This document shows, piece by piece, positions 46,932 to 57,138 of a stretch of DNA of 64,000 bases. The position numbers and the translations under genes were made by a program. A model generated the notes under the pieces. It saw only the letters and a program-made list of their open reading frames with translations, searched no databases and was not told the DNA's origin. The DNA is taken from contig JBDRAN010000003.1 in NCBI GenBank assembly GCA_043823745.1, positions 2,958 to 66,957 on the forward strand, given 5' to 3'. How positions within the stretch are numbered: position 1 is the stretch's first letter; every line of letters begins with the position of its first letter. The DNA comes from Candidatus Omnitrophota bacterium (GTDB lineage Bacteria; Omnitrophota; Gorgyraeia; Duberdicusellales; 4484-171).

Positions 46932-47621
46932 ATGAAAAGCCCTTTTCGTGCATTCCTTGCGTTATTTTGCGTCTCAGTCGCGATTCACATTCCGTGTGCT
47001 TGCGCCGAAACACTACACTATCAGGAAACTACCGGCACTGTCAACCAAGACGTAACTTGGGAAATTCAACAAAGCGAAACACTTACCAGACTCATCGCTA
47101 CTAAGCCAACCGAAAACTCCGCAATCGAACAAGACCACAAGCTCGGAATCGTTTCTTGGAGTTTTACCAATACCGACGAAGGAACGTCTCTTAAGGCGCG
47201 GCGCCTCAATAATATCATCCGTATCGAAGGTACCTTTAAGAAAAAGTTTATTAAGAAAGAAAATAAAATTGACGAGGCAACCTGGTGCCAACCGGTCGCG
47301 TTCGCACTTATTCCTTTTGCCGACTCCACGCAGGAATCTCTAACATTCTGGTCAATAAATCAAAAAAATATGAAGGCCTTTAAAATGAGGGCGCAAACAC
47401 AGGGCTTTGAAACCATCACGATCAACCAAGACCCACACCACCCCCGTACAATAGCGGCAAAGAAAATTAGAGTATCCCTGGCACAAGGACCGGTTTCAAA
47501 ACTCTGGCACTCCTACTACTGGTTTCACAAAGATAACGGAACTTTCCTCAAATACCAGGGCTCAAACGGCCCTCCCGGAACCCCGGAAACAATCACCATC
47601 CTTAAGGAACCAAGCCCGTAA
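46932..47621 (+). CDS. Secreted hypothetical protein
   Basis: Signal peptide ending AIHIPCACA. Confidence 0.5.
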   Translation: MKSPFRAFLALFCVSVAIHIPCACAETLHYQETTGTVNQDVTWEIQQSETLTRLIATKPTENSAIEQDHKLGIVSWSFTNTDEGTSLKARRLNNIIRIEGTFKKKFIKKENKIDEATWCQPVAFALIPFADSTQESLTFWSINQKNMKAFKMRAQTQGFETITINQDPHHPRTIAAKKIRVSLAQGPVSKLWHSYYWFHKDNGTFLKYQGSNGPPGTPETITILKEPSP

Positions 47622-47793
47622 ATCATGCGGTTTTTCTACAGCGCTTAAGGAATCTGAACTTAACCTTCGTAGCCTCTAGGTGCAATTTATTATATTTACA
47701 AATCACGATTACCATGCTATACTCTTTTTGTGTTTTTTAGTGTTTTATTGTCAACCATAAAACACAAAATCCGTATAAAGGAGGTCCTCAAGC

Positions 47794-47991
47794 ATGATTA
47801 AACGCGGACGGCCCAATAAGCCGGTAAAGTATACCAAGACCATCAATGTCCGACTTACCCACGACCAATGGGTTGAGGTGCTTAACTGGTCACAAAAGGC
47901 GCATCTGGAGCCTTCAGTGTATATCAGAAAGATTCTCCTTGATTTCCTGAGCATAAAGGATCAACCCGTTCATACGGTAACCAAGAAATAA
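47794..47991 (+). CDS. MobC-like ribbon-helix-helix mobilisation/relaxosome accessory protein (orphan)
   Basis: INVRLTHDQWVEVLNWSQKAHLEPSVYIRKILLD matches the MobC/RHH pattern (VRLTxEE...SEYIR). RBS AAAGGAGG. Confidence 0.5.
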   Translation: MIKRGRPNKPVKYTKTINVRLTHDQWVEVLNWSQKAHLEPSVYIRKILLDFLSIKDQPVHTVTKK

Positions 47992-48198
47992 CAAACTCCT
48001 CAAAACCACCATCCCGGGACCCCAATGAAACTTACCCTTTTCTGTCTTAACGAGACAGAAAAGGGTTTAGTTGAATTGTCCCGCCGAGTTCACAAAAATT
48101 ATCGAAGAGATTTTTTGTGTATTAAGACGAGGCGGGATGTCTCTAGCTTTTAATTTAGTTAAATTCTTCTCTCGGCTACAGAGGAGAAAGATAGAAGA

Positions 48199-48231
48199 CC
48201 TGATTGGCTAATCTCAATCAGGGCTTTTTTA
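48199..48231 (+). terminator. Rho-independent terminator
   Basis: cctgattg-gctaatct-caatcagg + gctttttta. Confidence 0.7.
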
Positions 48232-48634
48232 TGTCCGAGGGAACTAAAGACTTGGGGTGACAAACGAAAAACTGTGATTCCCCTCTTTAGTCAAGGAGTT
48301 TTTAAGTTAGGGGTAAGCTCTTTGTTGAAACACTTCTGTAAACTATACTAAGATTTCAGCTGATTCATTCTCTGGTGGGCCGAATAAAGTTATTCTAAAC
48401 TCGCCTAGGAGTGGGAGCCACTTTTTAGGGCTAGACTCAACCGTTCAGCCCTTTTATCATCCAATATGATTCCTGTGTCCAAAATTCTGTCTCCAATGGG
48501 TTATTGCATGGCATCAAGGCAAAAGTTTTTCTTGCTTTTTCCACCGTGGAGGCATAGAATTTATTTAATTATATATATGTGTGTAAATATATACTGATTC
48601 GGTGGGAGGATTACGTTATATAAAGGCATCTCCT

Positions 48635-48862
48635 ATGCTTGCAAAAAATATACGCAGAATCAGATTAAGAAAAGGTTTGTCACAGGAAAAGCTGGCTCGG
48701 TTAGCCGATATCGCTCTTAATACATTGGCTAAAATTGAGTCTAGACGGTCGAAGGAACCGACCATCGGTACTATTACAAAAATAGCAAGAGCGTTGGATA
48801 TTTCGCTTGATGAGTTGGTTACAGGGAAGAAATTTGGATCTTCTTCTCAATTAAGCCAGTGA
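48635..48862 (+). CDS. XRE-family HTH transcriptional regulator
   Basis: Cro/C1-type HTH (LSQEKLARLADIALNTLAKIE). Confidence 0.75.
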   Translation: MLAKNIRRIRLRKGLSQEKLARLADIALNTLAKIESRRSKEPTIGTITKIARALDISLDELVTGKKFGSSSQLSQ

Positions 48863-48868
48863 TCTAAA

Positions 48869-49336
48869 ATGGCAGAATTTATTGATGTGAATACCGGGGA
48901 AGTTGAAGTCTCCTCTCAGCCAGTGGTATTGCGGGCAATGGCAATAGGGTCTTGTGTTGTTGTGGTTGCCTTTGACCGCGGCAGAAAAATGGGCGGCTTG
49001 GCTCATATTATGTTGCCGGGAAGGGCGCCTGAAAGAGAAGACAAAGACAAGGCAAAATACACTGAAGATGCTATTGATGAGCTGCTCATAAAGTTGAAAA
49101 ATCTCGGTGTCAAGAGAGAGGATTTAGAGATAAGCGTTGTTGGCGGGGCAGACCTGCTGGGCGAGAGTTCTATTTCCGAGTTGATTGCGAGTTCTGTTTT
49201 GGATTATTTGAGAAGCTTAGGCATAGAGCCAAGACAACAGAGTTTGGGAGGAACACAGCGCAGAAGCGTATCTTTCGGTATCGGTTCGGGAAAGATACTC
49301 TATACAGAAGGCGACAGCCAAGAAAAAGAATTGTAG
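48869..49336 (+). CDS. cheD: Chemoreceptor glutamine deamidase CheD
   Basis: CheD motifs GSCVVV and AHIMLP. 155 aa. Confidence 0.75.
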   Translation: MAEFIDVNTGEVEVSSQPVVLRAMAIGSCVVVVAFDRGRKMGGLAHIMLPGRAPEREDKDKAKYTEDAIDELLIKLKNLGVKREDLEISVVGGADLLGESSISELIASSVLDYLRSLGIEPRQQSLGGTQRRSVSFGIGSGKILYTEGDSQEKEL

Positions 49337-49347
49337 GAGAAATCGCC

Positions 49348-50001
49348 ATGAAGAACTATAAGGTTTCAGAGGGATTGGCAATCTTTATAGCCATAGCAGG
49401 CTCACTAGTTATGTTGGGTTGGATTTTTAATATAGGTATTTTAAAAAGCATCTTGCCTGTGTGGGTGACCATGAAGGCCACCACTGCTTTATCTTTTATT
49501 TTAAGCGGTATCACCGTGTATTTCATTGCCAAATCGCAGCAGAAAAGCTCAGGCGCCACGTTGGTAATTCTTCCTATCTCTACAATGCTTCTTCTGCTTT
49601 TAATGGTAACGCATTTGTCGGCAACGTGTTTGGGGCTCAGTTTAGGCCTGGATGGTTTATTCGTCAAAGAGTCAAATGGAGTGGTAATGAGTGTGGCGCC
49701 TGGCAGGCCGTCTCTAGCTACCATGATTGAATTTATTTTAATAGCAGTGGCAGGAGTTTTAACCATGCTTAATCCAGCTAAATTAAAAGCGTGGCTCGTA
49801 TTTTTAGGATGGGTAGTTATGTTTATCGGCAGTATGGCAGTGATAGGCTACATTTTTAGGATACCCGTCCTCTATTATTATATTGAGGGAGTAAGCACGG
49901 CCATGGCCTGTCATACCTCTATTTTGTTTGTGCTGTCAGGCCTTAGTTTGGTTTTCTCAGGAATCAAAAAGCAAGTTGTCTCTCAGGTGAGGGATGACTA
50001 A
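49348..50001 (+). CDS. Polytopic membrane protein (6-7 TM), possible detached sensor module
   Basis: Entirely hydrophobic helices with no soluble domain. Lies immediately upstream of a sensor kinase. Confidence 0.45.
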   Translation: MKNYKVSEGLAIFIAIAGSLVMLGWIFNIGILKSILPVWVTMKATTALSFILSGITVYFIAKSQQKSSGATLVILPISTMLLLLLMVTHLSATCLGLSLGLDGLFVKESNGVVMSVAPGRPSLATMIEFILIAVAGVLTMLNPAKLKAWLVFLGWVVMFIGSMAVIGYIFRIPVLYYYIEGVSTAMACHTSILFVLSGLSLVFSGIKKQVVSQVRDD

Positions 50002-50176
50002 GTGCTTTTTCTGTAAACTTGCGTTTGAAAAAAACACAAGTTTCTGTTTATTCAGTTTACTCCACTTCGCCTAGATACTGGAAAATTTTCTTCGATAATT
50101 TTCCGGAGCTCAGTGGAGTCAATTCAACTAAGGGCTTTTAAGAGCTGCCTTTGGCAGCCTTAAAGCCCAAGTTTCA

Positions 50177-53062
50177 TTGAGGAGATCGAATATGCCAATA
50201 AGACGAAGACTGGTTATTCTGTTTTTATTTATAGCAATAATTCCGGTTCTCTTTGTTGGTTTATTAGCCTTCTCTAATACCAAAGATGAATTGCTAATAG
50301 CAAGGAGAGAAAGATTAGGAGTGATTGCGGATTTAAAAGTAGATAAAATTGAGAGTATTTTTGATAATTTAAAAGACAATATGCGGATAGCGCAGGATTA
50401 TCTTAACATTAAAACCAATCTGCCTGTAGTGACAAAGCATTCTCAAGATAGATCGAATCCCGAATATATTAAGACCAAGGCAATGCTTGATGGACAACTG
50501 CACACTTGGTTAACATTCAGAGAAAGCGTGATTGACTTTCTGCTGGTTAGCCCTGAGGGCAAGGTTGTTTATGCCGCTAATGATAGGCATGAAAAAGAAC
50601 ATCTGGACAAGCCTTTGTGGGATCCGGAAGGAGTGGCTTTTGAGGAAGGCAAGAAAGGCATTTATTTAAGCGATGTTTTTAGAACTCTGGACCCTGGCTT
50701 AGGTTATGATTTTGGAATGTTTATTACCGCGCCCGTATATGACTTTGAAAAAAGATTTATTGGAGTCATTGCTTTTGAGGTTAATATGGCGCTGGTGTAC
50801 GATTATATCAAAGGCACAACCGGATTAGGCGAAACCGGTGAAACCCTCATTGTGCAGAAAAGAACCAGCCGCCAGGGTACGCCGGGCTATGAAGGCAGAG
50901 ACGGCGAATACGCATTATTTTTAAATCCCACCCGTTATGACAGTGACGCGGCTTTTAATAAGGTAATTTTTATAGGAGATAATCAAGCGGTACCGGCTCA
51001 GCGGGCAGCCAAGGGTGAAAACGGCCATGGAGTCGCGATTGATTATCGCGGAAAAGAAGCATTGACGAGTTGGCGTTATATTCCTTCTTTAAACTGGGGC
51101 CTGGTAGTAAAAATGGATATGCAGGAAATTTTGGCTCCGATCAATGCTTTAAGAAATTTAATTATTATCATTTGTATAATTGTTGGGGCGATAGTCGGGA
51201 TTATTGCTCTAGTTATCTCAAAGTCAATTTCTGACCCCATACATAGCCTGCACAAAGGGACGGAGATAATCGGAAGCGGCAATTTAGACTATAAAGTAGG
51301 CACAGACGTCAAAGATGAAATCGGTCAGCTCTCCAGGGCTTTTGACCAAATGACAGACAAGTTAAAAGCGCAGATAGAAGAAACAAGAGCGGCAAACCAG
51401 CAGTTGCGCGCCAGTAATCAGCAATTACGTGCCACAGAGCAGCAGCTACGGGCGGGTAATCAACAACTCAGGGCAAGCGAGCAGCAATTACGGGCTAGCG
51501 GACAGCAACTAAGAGCATTAAATGAACAGCTGAGAGCGAGCGAGCAACAGCTTCAAGCTGCAAATCAACAGTTAAGGGCGAATGAACAGCAACTTCGCGC
51601 CGAAATCACCGAGCGCAAGAAGGTAGAAGTGAAAATAAGAGAGGCAGATATTCAGCTGCGCACGGTGTTAGAGACAACCCAAGAAGGAATTACCTTTAGC
51701 GATGAAGCGGGTTATTTTCATATCTACAACAAAGGAATGGAAAATCTCACCGGCTATACCCAAGAAGAGGCCAATAGCTGCGGTGATTTTACCAAGTTCA
51801 TCTATCCTGACCCCCAAGAGCAGGAAAAGGCGTATAGCGGGCTTAGAGAGCTTTTAGAAAAAGGAACCAGCCGCGAGGCAGATGTAACCATTACTACTAA
51901 AGCTCGACAAAAAAAGCATATTCTGATAACCTCAACTATAGTTCTTTACAAAGAGCGTGAGATGTTTTTAAGTACGTATCGCGATATAACCGAGCGCAAG
52001 AAGATGAATGAGCAGTTGTTGGCTTCCGCAGAAGAGTGGAGGACGACATTCGACTCGATTTCCGACATGGTTTCAATCATTGATAGAGATTACAAGATTA
52101 TCAGAGTGAATAAATCTTTTGCTGATAGGCTTAAGATGAAACCAAAAGATATCATTGGCAAAACCTGTTATGAGCTGTTCCATGGAACGAGCGAACCTCT
52201 TCTTGCCTGCCCTCACAAAATTACTTTAGAGACAAAAATGCCGCAACGCAGCGAGTACTTTGAGCCGAATCTTGGCATATACCTAGAAGTAACAACCTCG
52301 CCGATTTTTAATGAAAAAAGCGACATAATTGCTTCCGTCCATATCGCAAGAGATATTTCTCAGCGTAAAAAAATGGAGAAAAACCAACGGCTCGCAGAGC
52401 TGGGTAAGCTTGTGGCTGACATGGCGCACGAGGTAAACAATCCCCTTATGATCATCTCCGGGAATGCCCAGCTTTCCCTGCTTGATGGAACGCTTAATGA
52501 AGAGATTAAGAACAATCTTAAAATTATCCACGAAGAATGCAACAAGGCAAAGGATATTATCCAGAGGCTTCTTAAGTTCTCAAGGCCAAGCAAGGGTGAA
52601 CTAAAGGAAACGGATATCAACCAGAGTATCGAGTCTGTCGCAAAGCTCGTAGAACACCAATTTAGCTTAAGCAATGTAATAATAAAGAAAGACTTAAAGC
52701 TCGGCCTTCCCGCCATTGTAATAGATGAAAAACAGATCCAGGAAGTGCTCATGAACCTGCTTAACAACGCGCGCGATGCTATGCCAGGAGGAGGAACTAT
52801 TGATATAAGCACCTCTTTAGTGCAAGATTTTCTCAGAATAGATATTCAAGATTCAGGCATGGGTATGGACGAAAAGACTCTCTCCAGGATATTTGAACCG
52901 TTCTTTACCACTAAGGAGAAGGGAACAGGCTTGGGGCTTCCTGTATGTTATGGAATCATAAAAGCTCATAACGGAGAATTAAAGCTGGAAAGCCAGCTGG
53001 GCAAGGGTACCACCGCGACGGTACTGTTGCCTATTAGGGGGGGGGTGAAGAGTAATGCCTAA
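50177..53062 (+). CDS. Sensor histidine kinase: TM-dCache-TM-HAMP-(10x heptad coiled coil)-PAS-PAS-HisKA-HATPase_c
   Basis: H-box MAHEVNNPL, G-boxes GTGLGL. Two TM segments flank an approximately 280-aa periplasmic domain. The 21-nt x10 repeat lies at 51390-51600. Confidence 0.85.
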   Translation: MRRSNMPIRRRLVILFLFIAIIPVLFVGLLAFSNTKDELLIARRERLGVIADLKVDKIESIFDNLKDNMRIAQDYLNIKTNLPVVTKHSQDRSNPEYIKTKAMLDGQLHTWLTFRESVIDFLLVSPEGKVVYAANDRHEKEHLDKPLWDPEGVAFEEGKKGIYLSDVFRTLDPGLGYDFGMFITAPVYDFEKRFIGVIAFEVNMALVYDYIKGTTGLGETGETLIVQKRTSRQGTPGYEGRDGEYALFLNPTRYDSDAAFNKVIFIGDNQAVPAQRAAKGENGHGVAIDYRGKEALTSWRYIPSLNWGLVVKMDMQEILAPINALRNLIIIICIIVGAIVGIIALVISKSISDPIHSLHKGTEIIGSGNLDYKVGTDVKDEIGQLSRAFDQMTDKLKAQIEETRAANQQLRASNQQLRATEQQLRAGNQQLRASEQQLRASGQQLRALNEQLRASEQQLQAANQQLRANEQQLRAEITERKKVEVKIREADIQLRTVLETTQEGITFSDEAGYFHIYNKGMENLTGYTQEEANSCGDFTKFIYPDPQEQEKAYSGLRELLEKGTSREADVTITTKARQKKHILITSTIVLYKEREMFLSTYRDITERKKMNEQLLASAEEWRTTFDSISDMVSIIDRDYKIIRVNKSFADRLKMKPKDIIGKTCYELFHGTSEPLLACPHKITLETKMPQRSEYFEPNLGIYLEVTTSPIFNEKSDIIASVHIARDISQRKKMEKNQRLAELGKLVADMAHEVNNPLMIISGNAQLSLLDGTLNEEIKNNLKIIHEECNKAKDIIQRLLKFSRPSKGELKETDINQSIESVAKLVEHQFSLSNVIIKKDLKLGLPAIVIDEKQIQEVLMNLLNNARDAMPGGGTIDISTSLVQDFLRIDIQDSGMGMDEKTLSRIFEPFFTTKEKGTGLGLPVCYGIIKAHNGELKLESQLGKGTTATVLLPIRGGVKSNA
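51390..51600 (+). repeat. In-frame 21-nt tandem repeat x10 encoding A-x-x-QQLR heptads
   Basis: The nucleotide units are imperfect copies. The peptide is QQLRASNQQLRATEQQLRAGNQQLRASEQQLRASGQQLRALNEQLRASEQQLQAANQQLRANEQQLRAE. Confidence 0.85.
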
Positions 53063-53429
53063 GATTTTGGTGGTAGACGACGAAGAGCGGATAGCCGATA
53101 TTATGGAGAAATATCTGTCCATGAACGGGTTTGAGGTCATAAAAGCGATAGGCGGCGAAAAAGCGCTTGAGATCTTGCAATCTGATACCAAAATAGACCT
53201 GATGCTTTTAGATATGAAGATGCCTAAGGTTAACGGCATAGATGTTATACGCAGGGTGAAAGAATTAGGCAAGGGATTTCCTATCCTGCTTCTTACCGGT
53301 TCAATTGACGTGCAGACATATCTCGATGAACCGAAAGACTTAGGATTCAGCGAAGAGGACGTGCTCTATAAACCGGTTGATTTGTCCGTATTGCTGGAAA
53401 AGGTCAAGGAAAGGTTGGGCATTATATAA
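53055..53429 (+). CDS. Single-domain response regulator (CheY-like receiver)
   Basis: DD...D...T...K receiver residues. 124 aa. Confidence 0.85.
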   Translation: MPKILVVDDEERIADIMEKYLSMNGFEVIKAIGGEKALEILQSDTKIDLMLLDMKMPKVNGIDVIRRVKELGKGFPILLLTGSIDVQTYLDEPKDLGFSEEDVLYKPVDLSVLLEKVKERLGII

Positions 53430-53470
53430 AAGCAGCATTACCGGTAAAAAGATGAAGTTTTAGCCGTCTT

Positions 53471-54609
53471 GTGAGAGCGGGCGCTATGAGCGAAGAACTG
53501 CAAAAAAAGAAAATCCTGATCGCCGATGACGAGGAAAGGGTCGTAAAGATACTTAAGGCCCTATGCGAAAATCTGGGATACGAGACTATCGAGGCAAGAG
53601 ACGGGAAGGAGGCTATTGATATGACATTGAAACAAATACCCGATCTTGTTCTCATGGATGTGGCTATGCCGCAGAAAGATGGATTTGAAGCGACGCGTAT
53701 ACTTAAAGGCAGCGCCCAAACGAAGCATATCCCCGTGCTTATCCTGAGTGCGCGATATTCAAGAGAGGATATCCTGCGCGGCATATCAATAGGCACCGAC
53801 GATTATTTGTTGAAGCCGATAGATTTAGACGAACTTTCCTTGAGGATAAAGAATCATCTCACGATAAAAGAATACCACGATCTCCTTGTGCGGCATAATG
53901 AAATTCTTGAAAAACAAGTTGAAAAAAGAACAAAGGGCCTTATGCGGACCCTGGAAAGACTGGATAAGGCGCATTCCAAGATCAAGGAAAGTTATATAGA
54001 CACAATACAAAAACTCTCCCGCGCCGCAGAATATAAAGACGAAGAGACCGGCGAGCATATAAAGAGGATAGGCCTTTATACGGGCATAATTGCCGAAAAG
54101 ATGGTATGGCTGAGCGGTTCAGGGAGCTTATACGTTATGCTTCTCCTATGCACGACATAGGTAAAGTCGGTGTGCCGGAAAGAATACTGCTTAAGCCCGG
54201 CCCGCTTACGCCTCAGGAGTGGGAGATTATGACCACACATACTACGATCGGAGCCCGCATTTTACACGGCTCAGACTCGCCGTTTTTAAAAATGGCTGAA
54301 GAGATAGCATTATCCCACCATGAAAGATGGATTGGCGGAGGTTATCCTCAAGGGTTAAAGGGCGACAAAATCCCTTTTTCTGCAAGGATAACGAATATAG
54401 CGGACCAGTATGATGCCCTGCGCAGCAGACGGCCATATAAGAGCGCGCTTGGCCACGCAAAAGTTGTTTGCGTACTTACCAAAGGAGATGGCCGGACCAT
54501 GCCTGAACATTTTGACCCTACTGTGCTTGATGTTTTTATAAAAAATGACGGATTATTTGCTGAAGTATTTGAAGATAGCATATCAAAAAAGGGAGATGGC
54601 ATTGCCTAA
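53471..54609 (+). pseudogene. REC + HD-GYP response regulator (c-di-GMP phosphodiesterase, RpfG-like) interrupted by a -1 frameshift near 54110
   Basis: Frame A (53471-54160) encodes the REC domain and the start of the HD domain (ETGEHIKRIG). Frame B (54106-54609) continues with HDIGK ... HHERWIGGGYP. Restoring one G in aagatgG(g)tatggctgag fuses the two frames. Confidence 0.7.
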
Positions 54610-54648
54610 AAACAGCGTAGCACAAGAGACAGGAATGAGATCATTATC

Positions 54649-55911
54649 ATGATAGATAATCAGTTACAGGCCGAACTTATACAAAAATACCGGCTGGCCG
54701 GAAGGATCAGGTTCATAAGCTCTTCTCTTCTCTTTGCCTTTCTTTTGCTGATGAAGTTTATGGGCGGCTACTCTTATATTAATCCCGCCCTATCAGCGCT
54801 TATCTTTGTAGAAGCGGCCTTAAATCAACCGTATAACTTCTTTATTAAAAGAGTAAACCTGCATAGATTCAAATACTATCAGATGCTAACCGACATAATA
54901 GCTATCTCCTGGGTATTATACTATATAGGAGGAATTGAAGCGTCTGTAGTGATAATGGCTTATTGTGCGGTTATTCTTTGGGCCGGAGTTGTCTCAAGCA
55001 CCGCGGCAGTCTTTTTTGCCGCAATTGCTTCTTGTTTCTTTTTGTCTTTGGTTGTGCTTTTAAAATATGATATGCCGACACCGCAGGTACTTGGCTTGCT
55101 CATCGGCAACGTATCATTTCTATTTGCATTTGGATATTTCAGCGCACGCTCATCAGCCGCGATAAAGGACCTTCAAAGGAAAAGACAGGAGGAGTCGTTG
55201 CGGTATACCCACAGGCTCTCCACAACAGGGTATCTTGTAGGGAAGACCGCTCATGACATACGGAGCTGTCTTGCCGGCATCAGAGCGAACGTCCAGGTTT
55301 TGCTGAGTTTAGGGAAACAAAATGACGAAGAAAAGAAGTTTTTAAACTCCGTCGAATATTTTGAGAAAAAGGGCGCTGACTTGATCCAGAGGCTCGTCGA
55401 ATTTTCGCAGAAACCAACTGAAGAATATATGACGGTTGATATAAATTCAATTATTGAGGAAGCCTTGAAATTAACAGAGCCGCTGGTGAAATATTCCAAG
55501 ATGACGGTTGAAAAAGAGTTTGAGCAAAGTATTATGCCTAAGATCGCCGCGGACAAGGGCCAGATGCTGGAAGTTTTTGTGGTTTTGATATTAAACTCAT
55601 TAGATTCTATATCGACTAAGCCAAAAGGAGGGATTCTTACTGTAAAGACCAGGCTTTGTAAAGAAAAGGATGTTGTGGAGATTGTCTTTTCTGATACCGG
55701 TATTGGAATACGGCAGGATGATTTGAGGCGGATTGGCGAGCCCTTTTTTAGCACAAAAATACCCGGGGAAAGCTCCGGCTTGGGCATGGCTACCGCCTAC
55801 GACATAATCTCAAGGCACAAAGGGAAGATCGCCGTTAAAAGTATTCCCGGCGAAAGCGCAGTATTTACTATTAGTCTGCCTGTTGAACAATTGACAAAGA
55901 CTACGCTTTAA
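54649..55911 (+). CDS. Membrane sensor histidine kinase (6 TM + HisKA + HATPase_c)
   Basis: H-box KTAHDIRSCL. N/G boxes SDTGIGI and GLGMA. Confidence 0.8.
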   Translation: MIDNQLQAELIQKYRLAGRIRFISSSLLFAFLLLMKFMGGYSYINPALSALIFVEAALNQPYNFFIKRVNLHRFKYYQMLTDIIAISWVLYYIGGIEASVVIMAYCAVILWAGVVSSTAAVFFAAIASCFFLSLVVLLKYDMPTPQVLGLLIGNVSFLFAFGYFSARSSAAIKDLQRKRQEESLRYTHRLSTTGYLVGKTAHDIRSCLAGIRANVQVLLSLGKQNDEEKKFLNSVEYFEKKGADLIQRLVEFSQKPTEEYMTVDINSIIEEALKLTEPLVKYSKMTVEKEFEQSIMPKIAADKGQMLEVFVVLILNSLDSISTKPKGGILTVKTRLCKEKDVVEIVFSDTGIGIRQDDLRRIGEPFFSTKIPGESSGLGMATAYDIISRHKGKIAVKSIPGESAVFTISLPVEQLTKTTL

Positions 55912-55972
55912 ACAGAAGCGAAGCGTTAATGTCAAGAGATGAAATACATTTGTAGTATCGAATAGGTTTAGC

Positions 55973-57121
55973 ATGTATAAAATATTAATCGTTGACGATG
56001 GTATAGAGATCAGGAAATTATTAGGCGCCTATTTTGCTAAGGTCGGCTATTCGACCACGACCCTGGAAAGCGCGCTGCTCGGTCTGGATATCCTGTCCAA
56101 AGAGAGTTTCGACGCCCTTATCAGCGATATTGCTATGCCGTTTATGAACGGAGTAGAGTTTGCTAAAAGAGCAAAGAAGCTTTGTCCCAATCTTGCTGTC
56201 CTTTTATTAACGGGATACGGAGCGCTCGACACGGCTCAAGAAGCGATAAGGATAGGCATCAATGATTATTTAACAAAGCCGGTTGATTTGGAAAAGATCA
56301 AAGATTCCGTAGATAAGGCTATAGCTGCTATGAAGGAAAAAAAGCAAAGAGCTGAATATTACAATCAAGTGCTTTATGAGTTCAAGGAGGGCAAAGAAAA
56401 ATTAGCCTCTATGCAATCAGAGTTCATGACTTTAATAAGCCATGAATTAAGAACACCCGTAACGGTATTATCAGATGGTTTTAGTCTTTTAAAAGATTTT
56501 GCCGCTGTTCCTAGTGGCGAAAATGGTAAGACGTTAAGCGAAAAAGATAAGTCCGCAATTTTTTCAGGCATAGAGAGAAGTAACCGCAGGCTGATAAAGA
56601 TTATTGAAGATATAAATTATTACATGGACCTTTGCAGGGGCCATATAGAGTTGAATATGGCAAAGGTGAACGTAAAGAATTTCTTAGAGGAGAATTTTAA
56701 CGCCTTCAAACATGTCGTGCCGGAGAATAAGGCGATTTTGAAAAAAGATTTTGTGGCGGAACATGCGCTCGTTGCTATCGATAAGGATAAATTTTCTGAC
56801 CTATTGGCCCGCATTATACACAACGCAGCGTATCATAACGGCGAGGGGACAGAGATTATTATCAGACTGCGCGAAGAGGGAAAAAATGGGCACTACATGG
56901 CGGCAATTACTATATCCGATAATGGAAACGGCATTGAGAATAACACGTTAGAAAGAATATTCATGCCGTTTGTCGCAGGTGATCTGGCGCATCATCATAA
57001 AGGTCTCGGGTTGGGGCTTGCCATATGTAAAAAAATCATAGATCTGCATAATGGCAACATAACGCTAACGAGTGAGAAAGAAAAAGGCACGAATGTCGTC
57101 ATCACACTTTGTACGGCATAG
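55973..57121 (+). CDS. Hybrid REC-histidine kinase
   Basis: N-terminal receiver (DDG...D...T...K) followed by HisKA (ISHELRTP) and HATPase_c (GLGLGLAICKKI). Confidence 0.8.
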   Translation: MYKILIVDDGIEIRKLLGAYFAKVGYSTTTLESALLGLDILSKESFDALISDIAMPFMNGVEFAKRAKKLCPNLAVLLLTGYGALDTAQEAIRIGINDYLTKPVDLEKIKDSVDKAIAAMKEKKQRAEYYNQVLYEFKEGKEKLASMQSEFMTLISHELRTPVTVLSDGFSLLKDFAAVPSGENGKTLSEKDKSAIFSGIERSNRRLIKIIEDINYYMDLCRGHIELNMAKVNVKNFLEENFNAFKHVVPENKAILKKDFVAEHALVAIDKDKFSDLLARIIHNAAYHNGEGTEIIIRLREEGKNGHYMAAITISDNGNGIENNTLERIFMPFVAGDLAHHHKGLGLGLAICKKIIDLHNGNITLTSEKEKGTNVVITLCTA

Positions 57122-57138
57122 GCTACAGCGTATATCAT

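Noticed and set aside
28211-48232. Hypothesis that tRNA-Arg to the MobC region is a 20-kb integrated genomic island
   Set aside because: - No direct repeat of the tRNA 3' end was found at the distal side.
- No integrase gene is present.
- The cargo (cob/btu, uppP) is housekeeping-like.
- I kept this only as a low-confidence note within other findings.
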